Shown here: one piece after another, positions 1 to 9,291 of the stretch
Position numbering within the stretch: the stretch's first letter is position 1
Layout: each line of letters starts with the position of its first letter
Origin: Parcubacteria bacterium C7867-002
GTDB taxonomy: Bacteria; Patescibacteriota; Minisyncoccia; Phycocordibacterales; PALSA-1337
Reading direction: 5' to 3'
Assembly (NCBI GenBank): GCA_001189105.1
Contig: LFCL01000023.1
Coordinates: 5,562-45,398, forward strand
Length of the DNA stretch: 39,837 bases
Position numbers and translations under genes: made by a program
Notes under the pieces: model-generated
The model's input: the letters and a program-made list of their open reading frames with translations, nothing else
The model's database searches: none
What the model was told of the DNA's origin: nothing

Positions 1-519
1 AAACCCCATACCCAATCCATTTGCCTCTTGTATTGTATCTGGCTTTGGTATTTGAGGAATAAAATTCATCGGTTCAAGCGAGGGGTCGCCATATATCATC
101 GGTTGCCCTCCCTCGCCTTTGGTCCAATACAATCCTCCGATCCCATCATACGTATCCATATGTTCATACAATTTTAACAAACCATCAGGCGGAGGAATGT
201 TATCTTCTTCAATTGTTAGTATATATTTCCAATGAGACAAATCAGGATGATTGAGTACCATATCAATGGCCATGTTATACGCATCCCCCACTTCATATCC
301 TCGAAAAAATATAGGACCAATAACCTTCTGATTCATTGGTTTCATGAGACCGAGCCACGATTGTACGACGCGATCAGGTATCATTCCGCGCGTTGGACAT
401 ACGATAACTGTCGAAATATCTTGGTATGCCTTTCCTTTGACAAGACGTTCAACTGCTTTTGCCAAATCTGCATTATTGATACCTATATTCAGTTGTTCAG
501 TAACGATTGCCTGATTCAT
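1..519 (-). CDS. GT-A fold (family 2-like) glycosyltransferase, truncated by the window edge
   Basis: Absent from the ORF track because it runs off the edge. Translated by hand: MNQAIVTEQ...TVIVCPTRG...AYNMAIDMVL...WKYILTIEEDNIPPPDGLLKL...GGLYWTKG...ANGLGMGF. It has an N-terminal VIVCP strand, a DxD-like EEDN and a late GMGF, as in GT-A enzymes. ATG is 1 nt after the upstream stop. Confidence 0.65.
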   Translation of the reverse strand, partial: MNQAIVTEQLNIGINNADLAKAVERLVKGKAYQDISTVIVCPTRGMIPDRVVQSWLGLMKPMNQKVIGPIFFRGYEVGDAYNMAIDMVLNHPDLSHWKYILTIEEDNIPPPDGLLKLYEHMDTYDGIGGLYWTKGEGGQPMIYGDPSLEPMNFIPQIPKPDTIQEANGLGMGF

Positions 520-520
520 A

Positions 521-2020
521 TTAGGTTCTAAACATTCTGAAATAAATCGGATGTCCGCTGGTATATCCTTGAACCTGAGTTAAATTCACACTATTGGGAG
601 GACTCGCAGTTGTAGCCGTATATCTACCAAAAAATTGACCGATATACACACTGGACAGTTGCGATGTTGCGGTAATCTGTGAATTTGCTCCCGGAAACAC
701 GTTTCCAACAGGAGGACCCACGGTCTGTCCACCACGTAAACTATAGTTCATACTTGCCGTAGCCGCAGCAGAGAAATACAGCATCATCACATAGTTTCCA
801 GGGGTTAAATTGGTCCCCGCATTTTCGAGTCCTGTAAGCTGGAATTGACGGATACCGGAAATACTTGCGGTTGCTGTATTACTAAATGTATTTTGCAACG
901 AAGCCAAGCGTGAGATCTGCGTACTGTTCACATAGGTATACAATGCCGCATGTGCGGTAAACAAATTCGAGCCCGAAGTCGCACGAGACACCTCGAGTGC
1001 AATATTGTTGAATGTTAAATTCCCATCAATCTTGAATGGGATGAAAATTGGACGTTGCGATATCGCAGTCATGTTTGTAACGTTGGTAATGAATTGACGT
1101 CCACTGAAATTATCATACATATACAGATCTGGTGTATTACCCCCACCAGCCGCAACACTCGCAGTGATCGTATTGGCATTAATGCCGAATGTAACACCGT
1201 TACCGTTCGAAAAGACAACCGTGCCAGCACTTGCAGGGGTGCCACTGTTTGCATTGATAGCTGCAAGAGTCGTAGTACCCGTCGTTCCAATCTTTTGGAT
1301 AACTCCCCCGTTACACACCAGCGCTTGAGACGTTGCTGAGTTATACCACATGAGTCCATTTGTCGAACATGTCTGTCCTACATAATCAGCGACATTACGA
1401 AAATCGAGACCAAGATAGGCTGGCGAAGGGGTACCTGCACCAGTACCGATCTGGACACGATTGTTTGCAGTATCAGTCTTCAAAAGTGCTCCGTAGACAT
1501 TGTTTGTCTGAAGCGCATATCCCGAAGAAAGGATTGACTGACGTGGCAACAATGCTTCCCATGATCCTCCACACGTAGACGTTGTAGTATTTACTTCGAC
1601 CTGAAGGTATGCCGTCGAGGTTGTAGAGAAATCAAATACTGTGGAACTCAGCGTGTCTGCCTGACCTATCACAGCATTAAAAACTCCATCGGTAGTTGTA
1701 GCGATAGTCTGTGTCGGCGTACCTGGTGGCCACAATTTCGTACCAGACGTTGCGGCGTCATAAATTGAGAAGCGATAACAATAGAGAGTACCTGCACCAC
1801 CTAGTGTATTACCAGACGAATCAGTCAAACGTCCTTCATATGCAACTTGCATAGGAGTACCTGCAGCCGCCTGACTCTGTTCAGGCCAAATCAGATGACT
1901 TGCCAACGAAATAGAGAGCACTACAGACAAGAGTACCTGTATACATATAAGGACAGTAACGACAAAACGATTACTGAATCTGGAGACATAGAGAGAAACT
2001 TTGCCGTCTTGAATGGACAT
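521..2020 (-). CDS. Exported Thr/Ser/Gly/Asn-rich surface or fibre-like protein
   Basis: 499 aa; N-terminal hydrophobic helix ending SQAAA; domain YEGRLTDSSG...FSIYDAATSGTKLW that I recall from CPR surface and tail-fibre-like proteins; beta-rich C-terminus. Confidence 0.55.
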   Translation of the reverse strand: MSIQDGKVSLYVSRFSNRFVVTVLICIQVLLSVVLSISLASHLIWPEQSQAAAGTPMQVAYEGRLTDSSGNTLGGAGTLYCYRFSIYDAATSGTKLWPPGTPTQTIATTTDGVFNAVIGQADTLSSTVFDFSTTSTAYLQVEVNTTTSTCGGSWEALLPRQSILSSGYALQTNNVYGALLKTDTANNRVQIGTGAGTPSPAYLGLDFRNVADYVGQTCSTNGLMWYNSATSQALVCNGGVIQKIGTTGTTTLAAINANSGTPASAGTVVFSNGNGVTFGINANTITASVAAGGGNTPDLYMYDNFSGRQFITNVTNMTAISQRPIFIPFKIDGNLTFNNIALEVSRATSGSNLFTAHAALYTYVNSTQISRLASLQNTFSNTATASISGIRQFQLTGLENAGTNLTPGNYVMMLYFSAAATASMNYSLRGGQTVGPPVGNVFPGANSQITATSQLSSVYIGQFFGRYTATTASPPNSVNLTQVQGYTSGHPIYFRMFRT

Positions 2021-2056
2021 AATGTATAAGATAAAAACCGGTGACTCTTTCTTTTC

Positions 2057-2683
2057 TTACGAAAAACTCATATGCAACAAACTATCATCAGTACTTATGT
2101 ATTTTTTTTCAAAAGCTGCCTGGAGTTCGGTATTACTCGGAAGCGTCGTTTCATTGAAATGAAAGTTTGCATGAATACTATACTCAATCGGTGAGACTGC
2201 TTTGAAAAAATATGTCTCCGTACGCCTCCCTTTGTCCTTCGCCAATGTATACTGCCACCCAAAGTCCTTGATATCCTCTAGTGAAGCACTGTCTACAAAC
2301 GATTCCATTATTTCCCGGGTCGGTATAATAGGGTTTACGCGATAGATTATATCATAATTGAAACCGTAGGCTGACGGATGCATGTTCAGATACAGAACTT
2401 CGAGCACTCGAAGGAGTTCGTGTGCAAGTTTTGAATCACCTGGTTGCCGTATCATCCGATCCTCAATACGAATACGACTCGGTTCAAAAATCCACTGCAC
2501 TCCAATACTGGGAAATTCGAAAATTCTTGTCATCAATGACGGAGTATCGGAAAAAATACTCCCTTTTGAAATATCACCTGGATACAATGCAAACATCTGT
2601 GACGCTTCAGGTAACGGAAGAGAGTTGTCCGGGTAGGTAACTATAATATTTGAACGTTGTATGTGTTTTGCGGTAATGGTCAT
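2057..2683 (-). CDS. Hypothetical cytoplasmic protein
   Basis: 208-aa ORF, co-oriented and closely spaced with neighbours; no motif recognised with confidence. Confidence 0.6.
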   Translation of the reverse strand: MTITAKHIQRSNIIVTYPDNSLPLPEASQMFALYPGDISKGSIFSDTPSLMTRIFEFPSIGVQWIFEPSRIRIEDRMIRQPGDSKLAHELLRVLEVLYLNMHPSAYGFNYDIIYRVNPIIPTREIMESFVDSASLEDIKDFGWQYTLAKDKGRRTETYFFKAVSPIEYSIHANFHFNETTLPSNTELQAAFEKKYISTDDSLLHMSFS

Positions 2684-2697
2684 ATGTCGGAATAGTA

Positions 2698-4245
2698 TTA
2701 TTCATTCACTGTCTCTGTCGTTATAGCTGCTTCTATAGAAATCGGATACACATCACTGATAGGTTCCCATGCTCCAACTTCGTCCTGTTCAGCCACAAGC
2801 AAATATTGTGACCCGTCACGCGTTGTCTCGGCTGGCAATGATGACATGTTGTACACAAAAGAGCCACCGACACACTCATATGCCCTGTTGATGAGTGATG
2901 ATGATATGTTATCCATATAATCAGTCACATTCCGATAGGTAAGGATCACAAAATACTTACGGGAACATGACCCTTTGAGGGTAAGAGATTTGTTATCTTC
3001 ATTTTCGACAACCTCTATCCCTGCATACCCCTGTGCAACAGATACAGGCTCCGGATTACCCGTGAGAGAAAAAGCGAGTTTTTTCTTTTTAATCACCACA
3101 GGCTGTAGTGATAGGGATACCTCTGGAATCATTTCGACATCTTCATCAGAAATCCCAATCAAAGAATCAACTGCATATGTTACCGCTGAGAGACTTTGAG
3201 CCGTCAGTTCCAGTACTGTTCGGTCATAGTGCACACGCATCGACATCCCATCCATATATATATCAGGCTTTTCATCTACTGTTGGTAGAACCGAGACCAT
3301 GATCTGAAGACGTTTCGCCTCATCCCACGAAGTAACAGGTATTTCGACCTGAAAATCCTTCCAATTATCCTTATTCACACGACCAACAGCCACCCATCGA
3401 ATACCGTCGAAACTATAACTGATTTCAAGAAAATCAGTCATTATTTCCTGAGTCTGAGCATGGGCATAGTGAACAAGAAGCGCACCTATTTTTTTCAAAA
3501 AACTGTCTTTGGTATCGAACGCCTGCGGATCTTCTGGTGCAGGTTCGACAGGTGACTCAGGTACAGGCTCTGCTGGTGGCGGAGTATCCACAACATCCTG
3601 AGATGGAGCTGTGGATTCTTCTGATACAGGAGTAACATCTGAATCATCTTCGGCTGGTACGACCGGAATAATTTCTGCAGTGTCAGGCGTAGATTCGCTT
3701 GGTACCTCAGGCTGATCAGATGATTGGGTATCCGTAACTGTTTCAGGCTTAGTATCTGCTTCTACTGTATTCGCTTCTTCTGATCCAACAGGTATGATCA
3801 GATCTGCAGCTGGTACAGAAATGTACCCCTCTTGACTCGTGTACGATTCAACCTCTTTTGGTTTATCCACTGACTCCCCCTTAAAATCCATAGACCAATC
3901 AAAATGTATGATTGCCTTACTAGGAGGATTCTGAGCATCTTTTACTGAAAAATAACCGCAAAAAATTTGTGCGGCAACAGAAGACTCCAAATATGCCGAC
4001 TTGTCGGAACTAAAAGCGTCAGCAGAAGAATCTGATGTGACTAACGAAGGACCGCTCGCATACTGAGGATTTTTCCATCCACCGAGACAAAACTGAGGAT
4101 AATGTATGCTGCTTGCCGCCTCAACGTGCGCACTATGCGTCACAACTCTCAATAATGTAAATAGTGCAAAAACACTTATTGTTGTTCCTAAAACAATAGT
4201 GACTATCTTGATGAAAAAACGAGGTACAAATGGATACATGTTCAC
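2698..4245 (-). CDS. Exported or membrane-anchored protein with a long acidic Pro-rich insertion
   Basis: N-terminal TM/signal; roughly 130-aa E/D/P/T-rich segment; beta-rich domains with Cys pairs. Start may be the ATG at 4239. Confidence 0.65.
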   Translation of the reverse strand: MNMYPFVPRFFIKIVTIVLGTTISVFALFTLLRVVTHSAHVEAASSIHYPQFCLGGWKNPQYASGPSLVTSDSSADAFSSDKSAYLESSVAAQIFCGYFSVKDAQNPPSKAIIHFDWSMDFKGESVDKPKEVESYTSQEGYISVPAADLIIPVGSEEANTVEADTKPETVTDTQSSDQPEVPSESTPDTAEIIPVVPAEDDSDVTPVSEESTAPSQDVVDTPPPAEPVPESPVEPAPEDPQAFDTKDSFLKKIGALLVHYAHAQTQEIMTDFLEISYSFDGIRWVAVGRVNKDNWKDFQVEIPVTSWDEAKRLQIMVSVLPTVDEKPDIYMDGMSMRVHYDRTVLELTAQSLSAVTYAVDSLIGISDEDVEMIPEVSLSLQPVVIKKKKLAFSLTGNPEPVSVAQGYAGIEVVENEDNKSLTLKGSCSRKYFVILTYRNVTDYMDNISSSLINRAYECVGGSFVYNMSSLPAETTRDGSQYLLVAEQDEVGAWEPISDVYPISIEAAITTETVNE

Positions 4246-4335
4246 AATATAATGAGTGATACTTCGATTATATCATGCCTTTCATCAGCTTGTTTTTTTC
4301 ACCACCACAACTCTTTGAGCGCAGGTGAATTTTAT

Positions 4336-6120
4336 TTACTTCTTATACGCCAAGGTATATGTTGTCAGCACTTCTTCTGCATTTTCTTTTTCTACCGAAG
4401 AAACAGGCTGCTGAGCTTTTCGCTTTTTTGAAGCTTTCATGAACGCCGTAAAGAGAGGGTGTGGAGCAAGCGGACGAGCGAGAAATTCCGGGTGGAATTG
4501 TGTCCCCACAAAGAACGGATGTACGGAACGAGGGAGCTCGGCAATTTCCATCAGCATACCATCAGGAGATTTACCCGAGAAAACTAAACCTGCAGCTTCC
4601 AATTGTTCAACATATTTAGGATTCACTTCATAGCGGTGACGATGACGCTCTTCGATCTTCAACACACCCTTGTATGCTTTGGCTTTTGTATTCTTCTTTC
4701 CGGTAAAGCGCTCGTCTGCCCCATAGGCTTCGTGCGCAATCGTATCGGCAAAAATCTGTGCTGTGTATGATCCTAAACGCATAGAACCACCATAGTTCCC
4801 TTCGGCAATCTTTTTCTTTTGTTCGGGCATAATGTCGATCAGGAGATGTGCCGCACGTGGATTGATCTCGGCGGTATTGGCACCCTTGAGACCCAGGACA
4901 TTGCGGGCATACTCGATAGTCATAAGTTGCATACCGTAACACAAACCAAAATACGGAATCCCCTTTTCACGCGCATATCGAATCACATTGATCTTCCCTT
5001 CGATACCTGTTTCCCCAAAACCTCCCGGTACAATAATGCCGTGATACTTGTCCAATGAACTATAGTCGATTTTCCCTTTTTCAAAATCACGCGCATTGAC
5101 TGTATGAATAACCGCTTTGACTCCAGCTGCATATGCAGAAAATTTTACTGCTTCAAGGACTGATAAATACGCATCAGTGAAGGTAAAATCTCCGGTATTA
5201 AAGTATTTTCCCACGATCGCAATGTCGATCTGATTGTGACTCGAGTTCTTGATACCACGTGCCATCTTTTTCCACGTTTTGAATTCATCCGTCGTCTTTC
5301 GTGGAGCTATATGCAACGCTTCTAACACAATATTTCCTAGATGGTCTTGATCAAAATTGATCGGCACATCGTATATACTTTCAATATCAGGCGCCGAAAT
5401 CACACATTTTGGGTGAATATTGCAGGCGACAGCGATCTTGGTCTTGCGACGCTCATCAAGAGCAGTTTCGGCACGAGCAATGATAATATCGGTATTCACT
5501 CCGTACGAAGCAAGCTGTTGTACCGCATGCTGCGTCGGGCGAGTCTTCATTTCTCCCAGCTTGCCAGGAGTTGGTAAGTAACTCACCATAATAAAGATCA
5601 CATCATCAGGATGACGCATCTTGAGCACACGAGCAGCTTCGATGAACATGATGTTTTGATAATCGCCAACCGTGCCCCCAATTTCCAAAATAGAAATATC
5701 AGACTTATTGGTGCGCGCAGCATGTTCGAAACGCCCGACAATCTCATCACGAATGTGCGGAATCGCCTCTACACACTTACCTCCGTACTCGAGCGCACGC
5801 TCTTTCTCGATGACATGCTTATATATCATGCCACTGGTAATATAGTCGTCATTTGTCAGATCCCGTCCCAAGAAACGTTCGTAGTTACCCATGTCCTGAT
5901 CGGTCTCCAATCCTGAGTTCAAAACAAAAACCTCACCATGCTCGGTGGGGTTCATAGTTCCGGCGTCGACGTTGAGATAAGGGTCGACTTTTACCAAATT
6001 GACTCGAAAACCTTTGGCGGAGAGGAGAGTACCGAGCGAAGAACTGGCGACTCCCTTACCAACTCCCGACATCACGCCGCCAATAATAAAAATATATTTA
6101 TGGCCGGCGGTTTTTTTCAT
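4336..6120 (-). CDS. pyrG: CTP synthase
   Basis: GGVMSGVGKG, DPYLNVDAGTMNPTEHGEVFV, GLCYGMQ, RHRHRYEVN, QFHPEF. Confidence 0.99.
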   Translation of the reverse strand: MKKTAGHKYIFIIGGVMSGVGKGVASSSLGTLLSAKGFRVNLVKVDPYLNVDAGTMNPTEHGEVFVLNSGLETDQDMGNYERFLGRDLTNDDYITSGMIYKHVIEKERALEYGGKCVEAIPHIRDEIVGRFEHAARTNKSDISILEIGGTVGDYQNIMFIEAARVLKMRHPDDVIFIMVSYLPTPGKLGEMKTRPTQHAVQQLASYGVNTDIIIARAETALDERRKTKIAVACNIHPKCVISAPDIESIYDVPINFDQDHLGNIVLEALHIAPRKTTDEFKTWKKMARGIKNSSHNQIDIAIVGKYFNTGDFTFTDAYLSVLEAVKFSAYAAGVKAVIHTVNARDFEKGKIDYSSLDKYHGIIVPGGFGETGIEGKINVIRYAREKGIPYFGLCYGMQLMTIEYARNVLGLKGANTAEINPRAAHLLIDIMPEQKKKIAEGNYGGSMRLGSYTAQIFADTIAHEAYGADERFTGKKNTKAKAYKGVLKIEERHRHRYEVNPKYVEQLEAAGLVFSGKSPDGMLMEIAELPRSVHPFFVGTQFHPEFLARPLAPHPLFTAFMKASKKRKAQQPVSSVEKENAEEVLTTYTLAYKK

Positions 6121-6126
6121 TCCCCT

Positions 6127-6155
6127 ATTTTAGGCGAGTGCCGAATGATTGTCTA
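6127..6155 (-). promoter_or_regulatory. Sigma70-type promoter, leaderless pyrG transcript
   Basis: TAGACA-17 nt-TAAAAT-6 nt-ATG. Confidence 0.65.
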
Positions 6156-6173
6156 CTCTTGACGCATATTTAC

Positions 6174-7130
6174 TTACACCTTCAAATACCTTCGTACTGC
6201 AATATAACTGGAGACCGCACCGAGAATAACACCAGCACCCATAATCATGATGAATATCTGACCGAAGTTCTGAACAAAATAACGAGAGAGAATATTCACC
6301 ACCAGTTCAAAGTCCGCAGCCACCTGAACACCTGCAACACGCAAGAGCACTGCATCACTCCAATAGGCAAAGATAGCCATCAAAATCAGGGTAATGATTC
6401 CTGAAACAATTCCGTACATGATCCCCGAAACAACCAACGGGCCGCGGACATAGATATTACTTGCACCCACAAGCTTCATTACTGAAATTTCATCACGAGA
6501 AGTATAAATAATAATGCGGATAGTGTTGAAGACCACAATGATCGCCACCAGAGCCAAGACCAGCGCAATAGCAGAACCAGATTGTTCGATCGCGGGAATA
6601 ATGCGACCAAGACGGTCAATGATCAGCTTATTCTGCTGGTAGTTAATCTTTTCAATCAAAGGCGTACCATCGGCAGTTGTCGGATTCTTTTGTTCGAGGA
6701 AACTGGCGATACTGCCGTACTGACCAGGATTTATTGCCTTAATATTGAGGACAGCAGGAAACGGGTTTCCCTCAATTTCATCCAAACCCTGCATAATCAG
6801 AGTGTTATCCTTCCATTTTTCCTTGAATTGAGCGAGGACTTCTTCACTGGAAATATACTCAACCTTGGAAACTTCGGTCATGGCTTTGACCTCTTTTTGC
6901 AAAGCCAAGATATCCGCCTCAGGAGCATTGAGGGTAAAGTAAGCATTGATATCTACTTTGTCTTTGACATCTGCGAGGAGAGCACGGGCAAAAGCACTTC
7001 CAAATACAAGTCCCCCAAACACAGAGAGTGAAAGGGTAATTACGACAATTGCTGCAAATGACAAAAATCCATTACGCCAAAAATTGACGAACCCGGTGCG
7101 CGTTATTCTCTTGAACGTAGTGAATATCAT
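6174..7130 (-). CDS. ftsX: Cell division permease FtsX
   Basis: FWRN N-terminus, NPFPA extracellular loop, NTIRIIIYTSRDEISVMKLVGA; downstream of ftsE. Confidence 0.96.
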   Translation of the reverse strand: MIFTTFKRITRTGFVNFWRNGFLSFAAIVVITLSLSVFGGLVFGSAFARALLADVKDKVDINAYFTLNAPEADILALQKEVKAMTEVSKVEYISSEEVLAQFKEKWKDNTLIMQGLDEIEGNPFPAVLNIKAINPGQYGSIASFLEQKNPTTADGTPLIEKINYQQNKLIIDRLGRIIPAIEQSGSAIALVLALVAIIVVFNTIRIIIYTSRDEISVMKLVGASNIYVRGPLVVSGIMYGIVSGIITLILMAIFAYWSDAVLLRVAGVQVAADFELVVNILSRYFVQNFGQIFIMIMGAGVILGAVSSYIAVRRYLKV

Positions 7131-7137
7131 AAATTAA

Positions 7138-7818
7138 TTATAAGACATATTTACCATCTTTATCATCGCGCGCAATGCGGCCTTTTTCCATGGTCAACAC
7201 ACGCCCTTTGACAGTATCTACCACTCCTTTATTGTGCGTGGTCAAAATAATAGTCGTACCGAGATCATTGATCTTTTGTAAAATGCGAATGATTTCGTAG
7301 GTACTCGTAGGATCGAGGTTACCGGTCGGCTCATCGGCCAGGATGATATCCGGCTGCGTTACAATTGCGCGAGCAATGGCGACACGCTGACGTTCGCCAC
7401 CAGAAAGTTCTTTGGGAAAATTCCAAATCTTGTGACCAAGATCAACGAGTTCGAGTACATGAGGAACATCCGAAGCAATCTCTGCATCGGTACGACCAGA
7501 AGCCTCCATAGCAAAAGCGATATTTTCATACACAGTTTTACCCGGAATCAGACGGTAGTCCTGAAATACCGTACCGATACGGCGACGCAATTTGCTGACC
7601 TCCCTTTTACTGAGACGACTAATATCAGCTGACTCGAAAAATACCGAGCCGGTAGTGGGACGATCTTCGGCAATCAACATTTTCATGAGAGTCGTCTTGC
7701 CCGCCCCAGAGTGACCGACAATCGTGACAAACTCCTTTGGTTCAACACCAAATGAGACATTTTCGAGAGCCACAGACTTATCAGGGTATACGCGGGTAAC
7801 TTTGTCGTAATAAATCAT
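7138..7818 (-). CDS. ftsE: Cell division ATP-binding protein FtsE
   Basis: GHSGAGKTT, VFQDYRL, LSGGERQRVAIARA, ADEPTGNLDP; leaderless-type TGATATACT-6 nt-ATG. Confidence 0.97.
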   Translation of the reverse strand: MIYYDKVTRVYPDKSVALENVSFGVEPKEFVTIVGHSGAGKTTLMKMLIAEDRPTTGSVFFESADISRLSKREVSKLRRRIGTVFQDYRLIPGKTVYENIAFAMEASGRTDAEIASDVPHVLELVDLGHKIWNFPKELSGGERQRVAIARAIVTQPDIILADEPTGNLDPTSTYEIIRILQKINDLGTTIILTTHNKGVVDTVKGRVLTMEKGRIARDDKDGKYVL

Positions 7819-7865
7819 GTTCTTAGTATATCATCCCACGTCGATCCCGCGAACCCCGTAGACAA

Positions 7866-8750
7866 TTAGAGATCTTTTTCCGCCTCAATAAACATATCAA
7901 TATCCCCTTCTAGCACATCTTCAACCTGACTTGTCTCGACGTTAGTGCGATGATCTTTGACCATCTTATAGGGGTGCAGTACGTACGAACGTATCTGATT
8001 TCCCCACTCAATAGCAGTAGTTGACGATATCTGCATACCTCGTTCTTTGGCTTTACGGTTCTCTTCGATTTTTTTCCATAATTTGGCACGGAGAATATCC
8101 ATGGCTTTTTCACGATTTTGAGCCTGAGAACGCTCGGAAGTTACATGGATGGAAATACCGGTTGGCTTGTGAAGGAGACGTACTGCGGTCTCGCGCTTGT
8201 TTACATTTTGTCCGCCCGGGCCGCCTGACTTGGCAATACTGATTTCCACATCACTTTCAGCTATAACCATATCGTTGGCAGAGGTTTTTTCAAATTGGGG
8301 AATGACTTCGACCAGCGAAAATGAGGTGTGTCTTTTTTCATTGGCATTAAAAGGAGAAATGCGAACCAAGCGATGTACTCCTGATTCATTTTTGAGTTTA
8401 CCGTAGACGCCGGATCCTGATATTTCGATAGTGACATTGCGATATCCACCATGATCGTTTTCATGGGCATGAATGACATTCCAGCCCCACCCCTTACCGT
8501 CAGCATACCGACGATACATACGTACCAATATCGCTGAAAAATCCTCAGCGTCATCACCGCCCGCACCCGAAAGAAGAGTCATAATGGCATTGCCTTTGTC
8601 ATACTTACCCACCCCTTCGAGTTCAGCCTTGAGATTCTTATGCTCCGCAATAAGCTCCTGTGCTTTATTTTTGTCTGACCAAAAATCACCCGCCAGCATA
8701 GCCTGTTCGAGTTCTGCAATTCGCTGACTGATCTTTTCCTTGTGGTCCAT
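7866..8750 (-). CDS. prfB: Peptide chain release factor 2 with shortened domain 1 and no frameshift
   Basis: [13 protein letters not shown] (SPF specificity motif), [27 protein letters not shown]; 294 aa. Confidence 0.95.
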   Translation of the reverse strand: MDHKEKISQRIAELEQAMLAGDFWSDKNKAQELIAEHKNLKAELEGVGKYDKGNAIMTLLSGAGGDDAEDFSAILVRMYRRYADGKGWGWNVIHAHENDHGGYRNVTIEISGSGVYGKLKNESGVHRLVRISPFNANEKRHTSFSLVEVIPQFEKTSANDMVIAESDVEISIAKSGGPGGQNVNKRETAVRLLHKPTGISIHVTSERSQAQNREKAMDILRAKLWKKIEENRKAKERGMQISSTTAIEWGNQIRSYVLHPYKMVKDHRTNVETSQVEDVLEGDIDMFIEAEKDL

Positions 8751-8783
8751 ACGGTAAGACTAGCAGAATGTGAAATTTTAAAC

Positions 8784-8810
8784 AAAAAAGCCCCGATATA
8801 CATCAGGGCT
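8784..8810 (-). terminator. Intrinsic terminator
   Basis: Minus strand AGCCCTGAT-gtat-ATCGGGGCT followed by a T run. Confidence 0.7.
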
Positions 8811-8819
8811 AGAAAGAGT

Positions 8820-8996
8820 GGATGGTCAATCCCTTCGTCCGAACAGTGTTCAGGAAATCGGGATCACAGATCATGAAGCCGACACCATTACAAGAGTTCG
8901 TGTTCGCCTTTTTTTATGTGCGAATCCCGATCGGGAGTTTTACGCGTATTGATGTGAGTTCGTCACACCTCAGGCGCTATGAGGAACCAACCATCC
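8820..8996 (-). ncRNA. Structured ~177-nt RNA, 6S RNA-like
   Basis: 15-bp closing helix GGAUGGUUGGUUCCU/AGGGAUUGACCAUCC with 4 G-U pairs that form only on the minus strand; inner helix AUCGGGAU/AUCCCGAU; CUGAAC-acu-GUUCGG hairpin in the 3' bubble; terminator directly downstream. Confidence 0.5.
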
Positions 8997-9078
8997 AAAG
9001 AACAGGCTACCATATCCAATCTCCTCGTCAAGAGGAGATTGTCCCGAGGTCTACCCCAGTAACGAAGAGTAGCGAGAT

Positions 9079-9105
9079 AAAAAAAATCCGGCACAGTCTG
9101 CCGGA
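9079..9105 (-). terminator. Intrinsic terminator
   Basis: TCCGGCA-gactg-TGCCGGA followed by 8 T. Confidence 0.8.
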
Positions 9106-9237
9106 AATTAAAGGTCATTGGATGAGTGTGTGACACTCTCAGGTGTCGAAGATACTATGCGAAGTCTCCAAAACACAGTGGGTGGTAAGAGGGAGCTGGC
9201 AGGACTCATCCAATGATTTGATGTGTCACGACTTACT
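9079..9237 (-). ncRNA. Candidate small RNA or attenuator leader (~160 nt)
   Basis: Extended -10 TGCTATACT at 9244-9252; perfect 13-bp inverted repeat at 9115-9127 and 9204-9216; own terminator. Confidence 0.45.
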
Positions 9238-9291
9238 GATATTAGTATAGCATTTTGAAGAGGTATAAAACTCTTGTCTGTGTATAAAGGG

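Noticed and set aside
1-4245. Prophage
   Set aside because: No integrase, terminase, capsid or portal genes; the fibre-like protein carries a cellular export signal
8751-8830. Upstream prfB segment joined by a +1 frameshift
   Set aside because: No CTT-TGA-C site or internal SD; the region holds a promoter and a terminator
8963-9013. 16-codon minus-strand ORF (MVACSLDGWFLIAPEV) behind a hairpin-sequestered GAGGAG, as a type I toxin or leader peptide
   Set aside because: Very short, overlaps the RNA closing helix, and lacks a convincing toxin-like TM helix; only Ribo-seq could support it
8822-9133. 103-aa plus-strand ORF
   Set aside because: No recognisable domain or start signal; it is antisense to terminator-bounded helices whose G-U pairs favour the minus strand
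8784-9252. RNase P RNA, tmRNA or SRP RNA
   Set aside because: No GAGGAAAGUCC P4 motif, no tRNA-like tmRNA ends and no SRP helix-8 motif found on either strand
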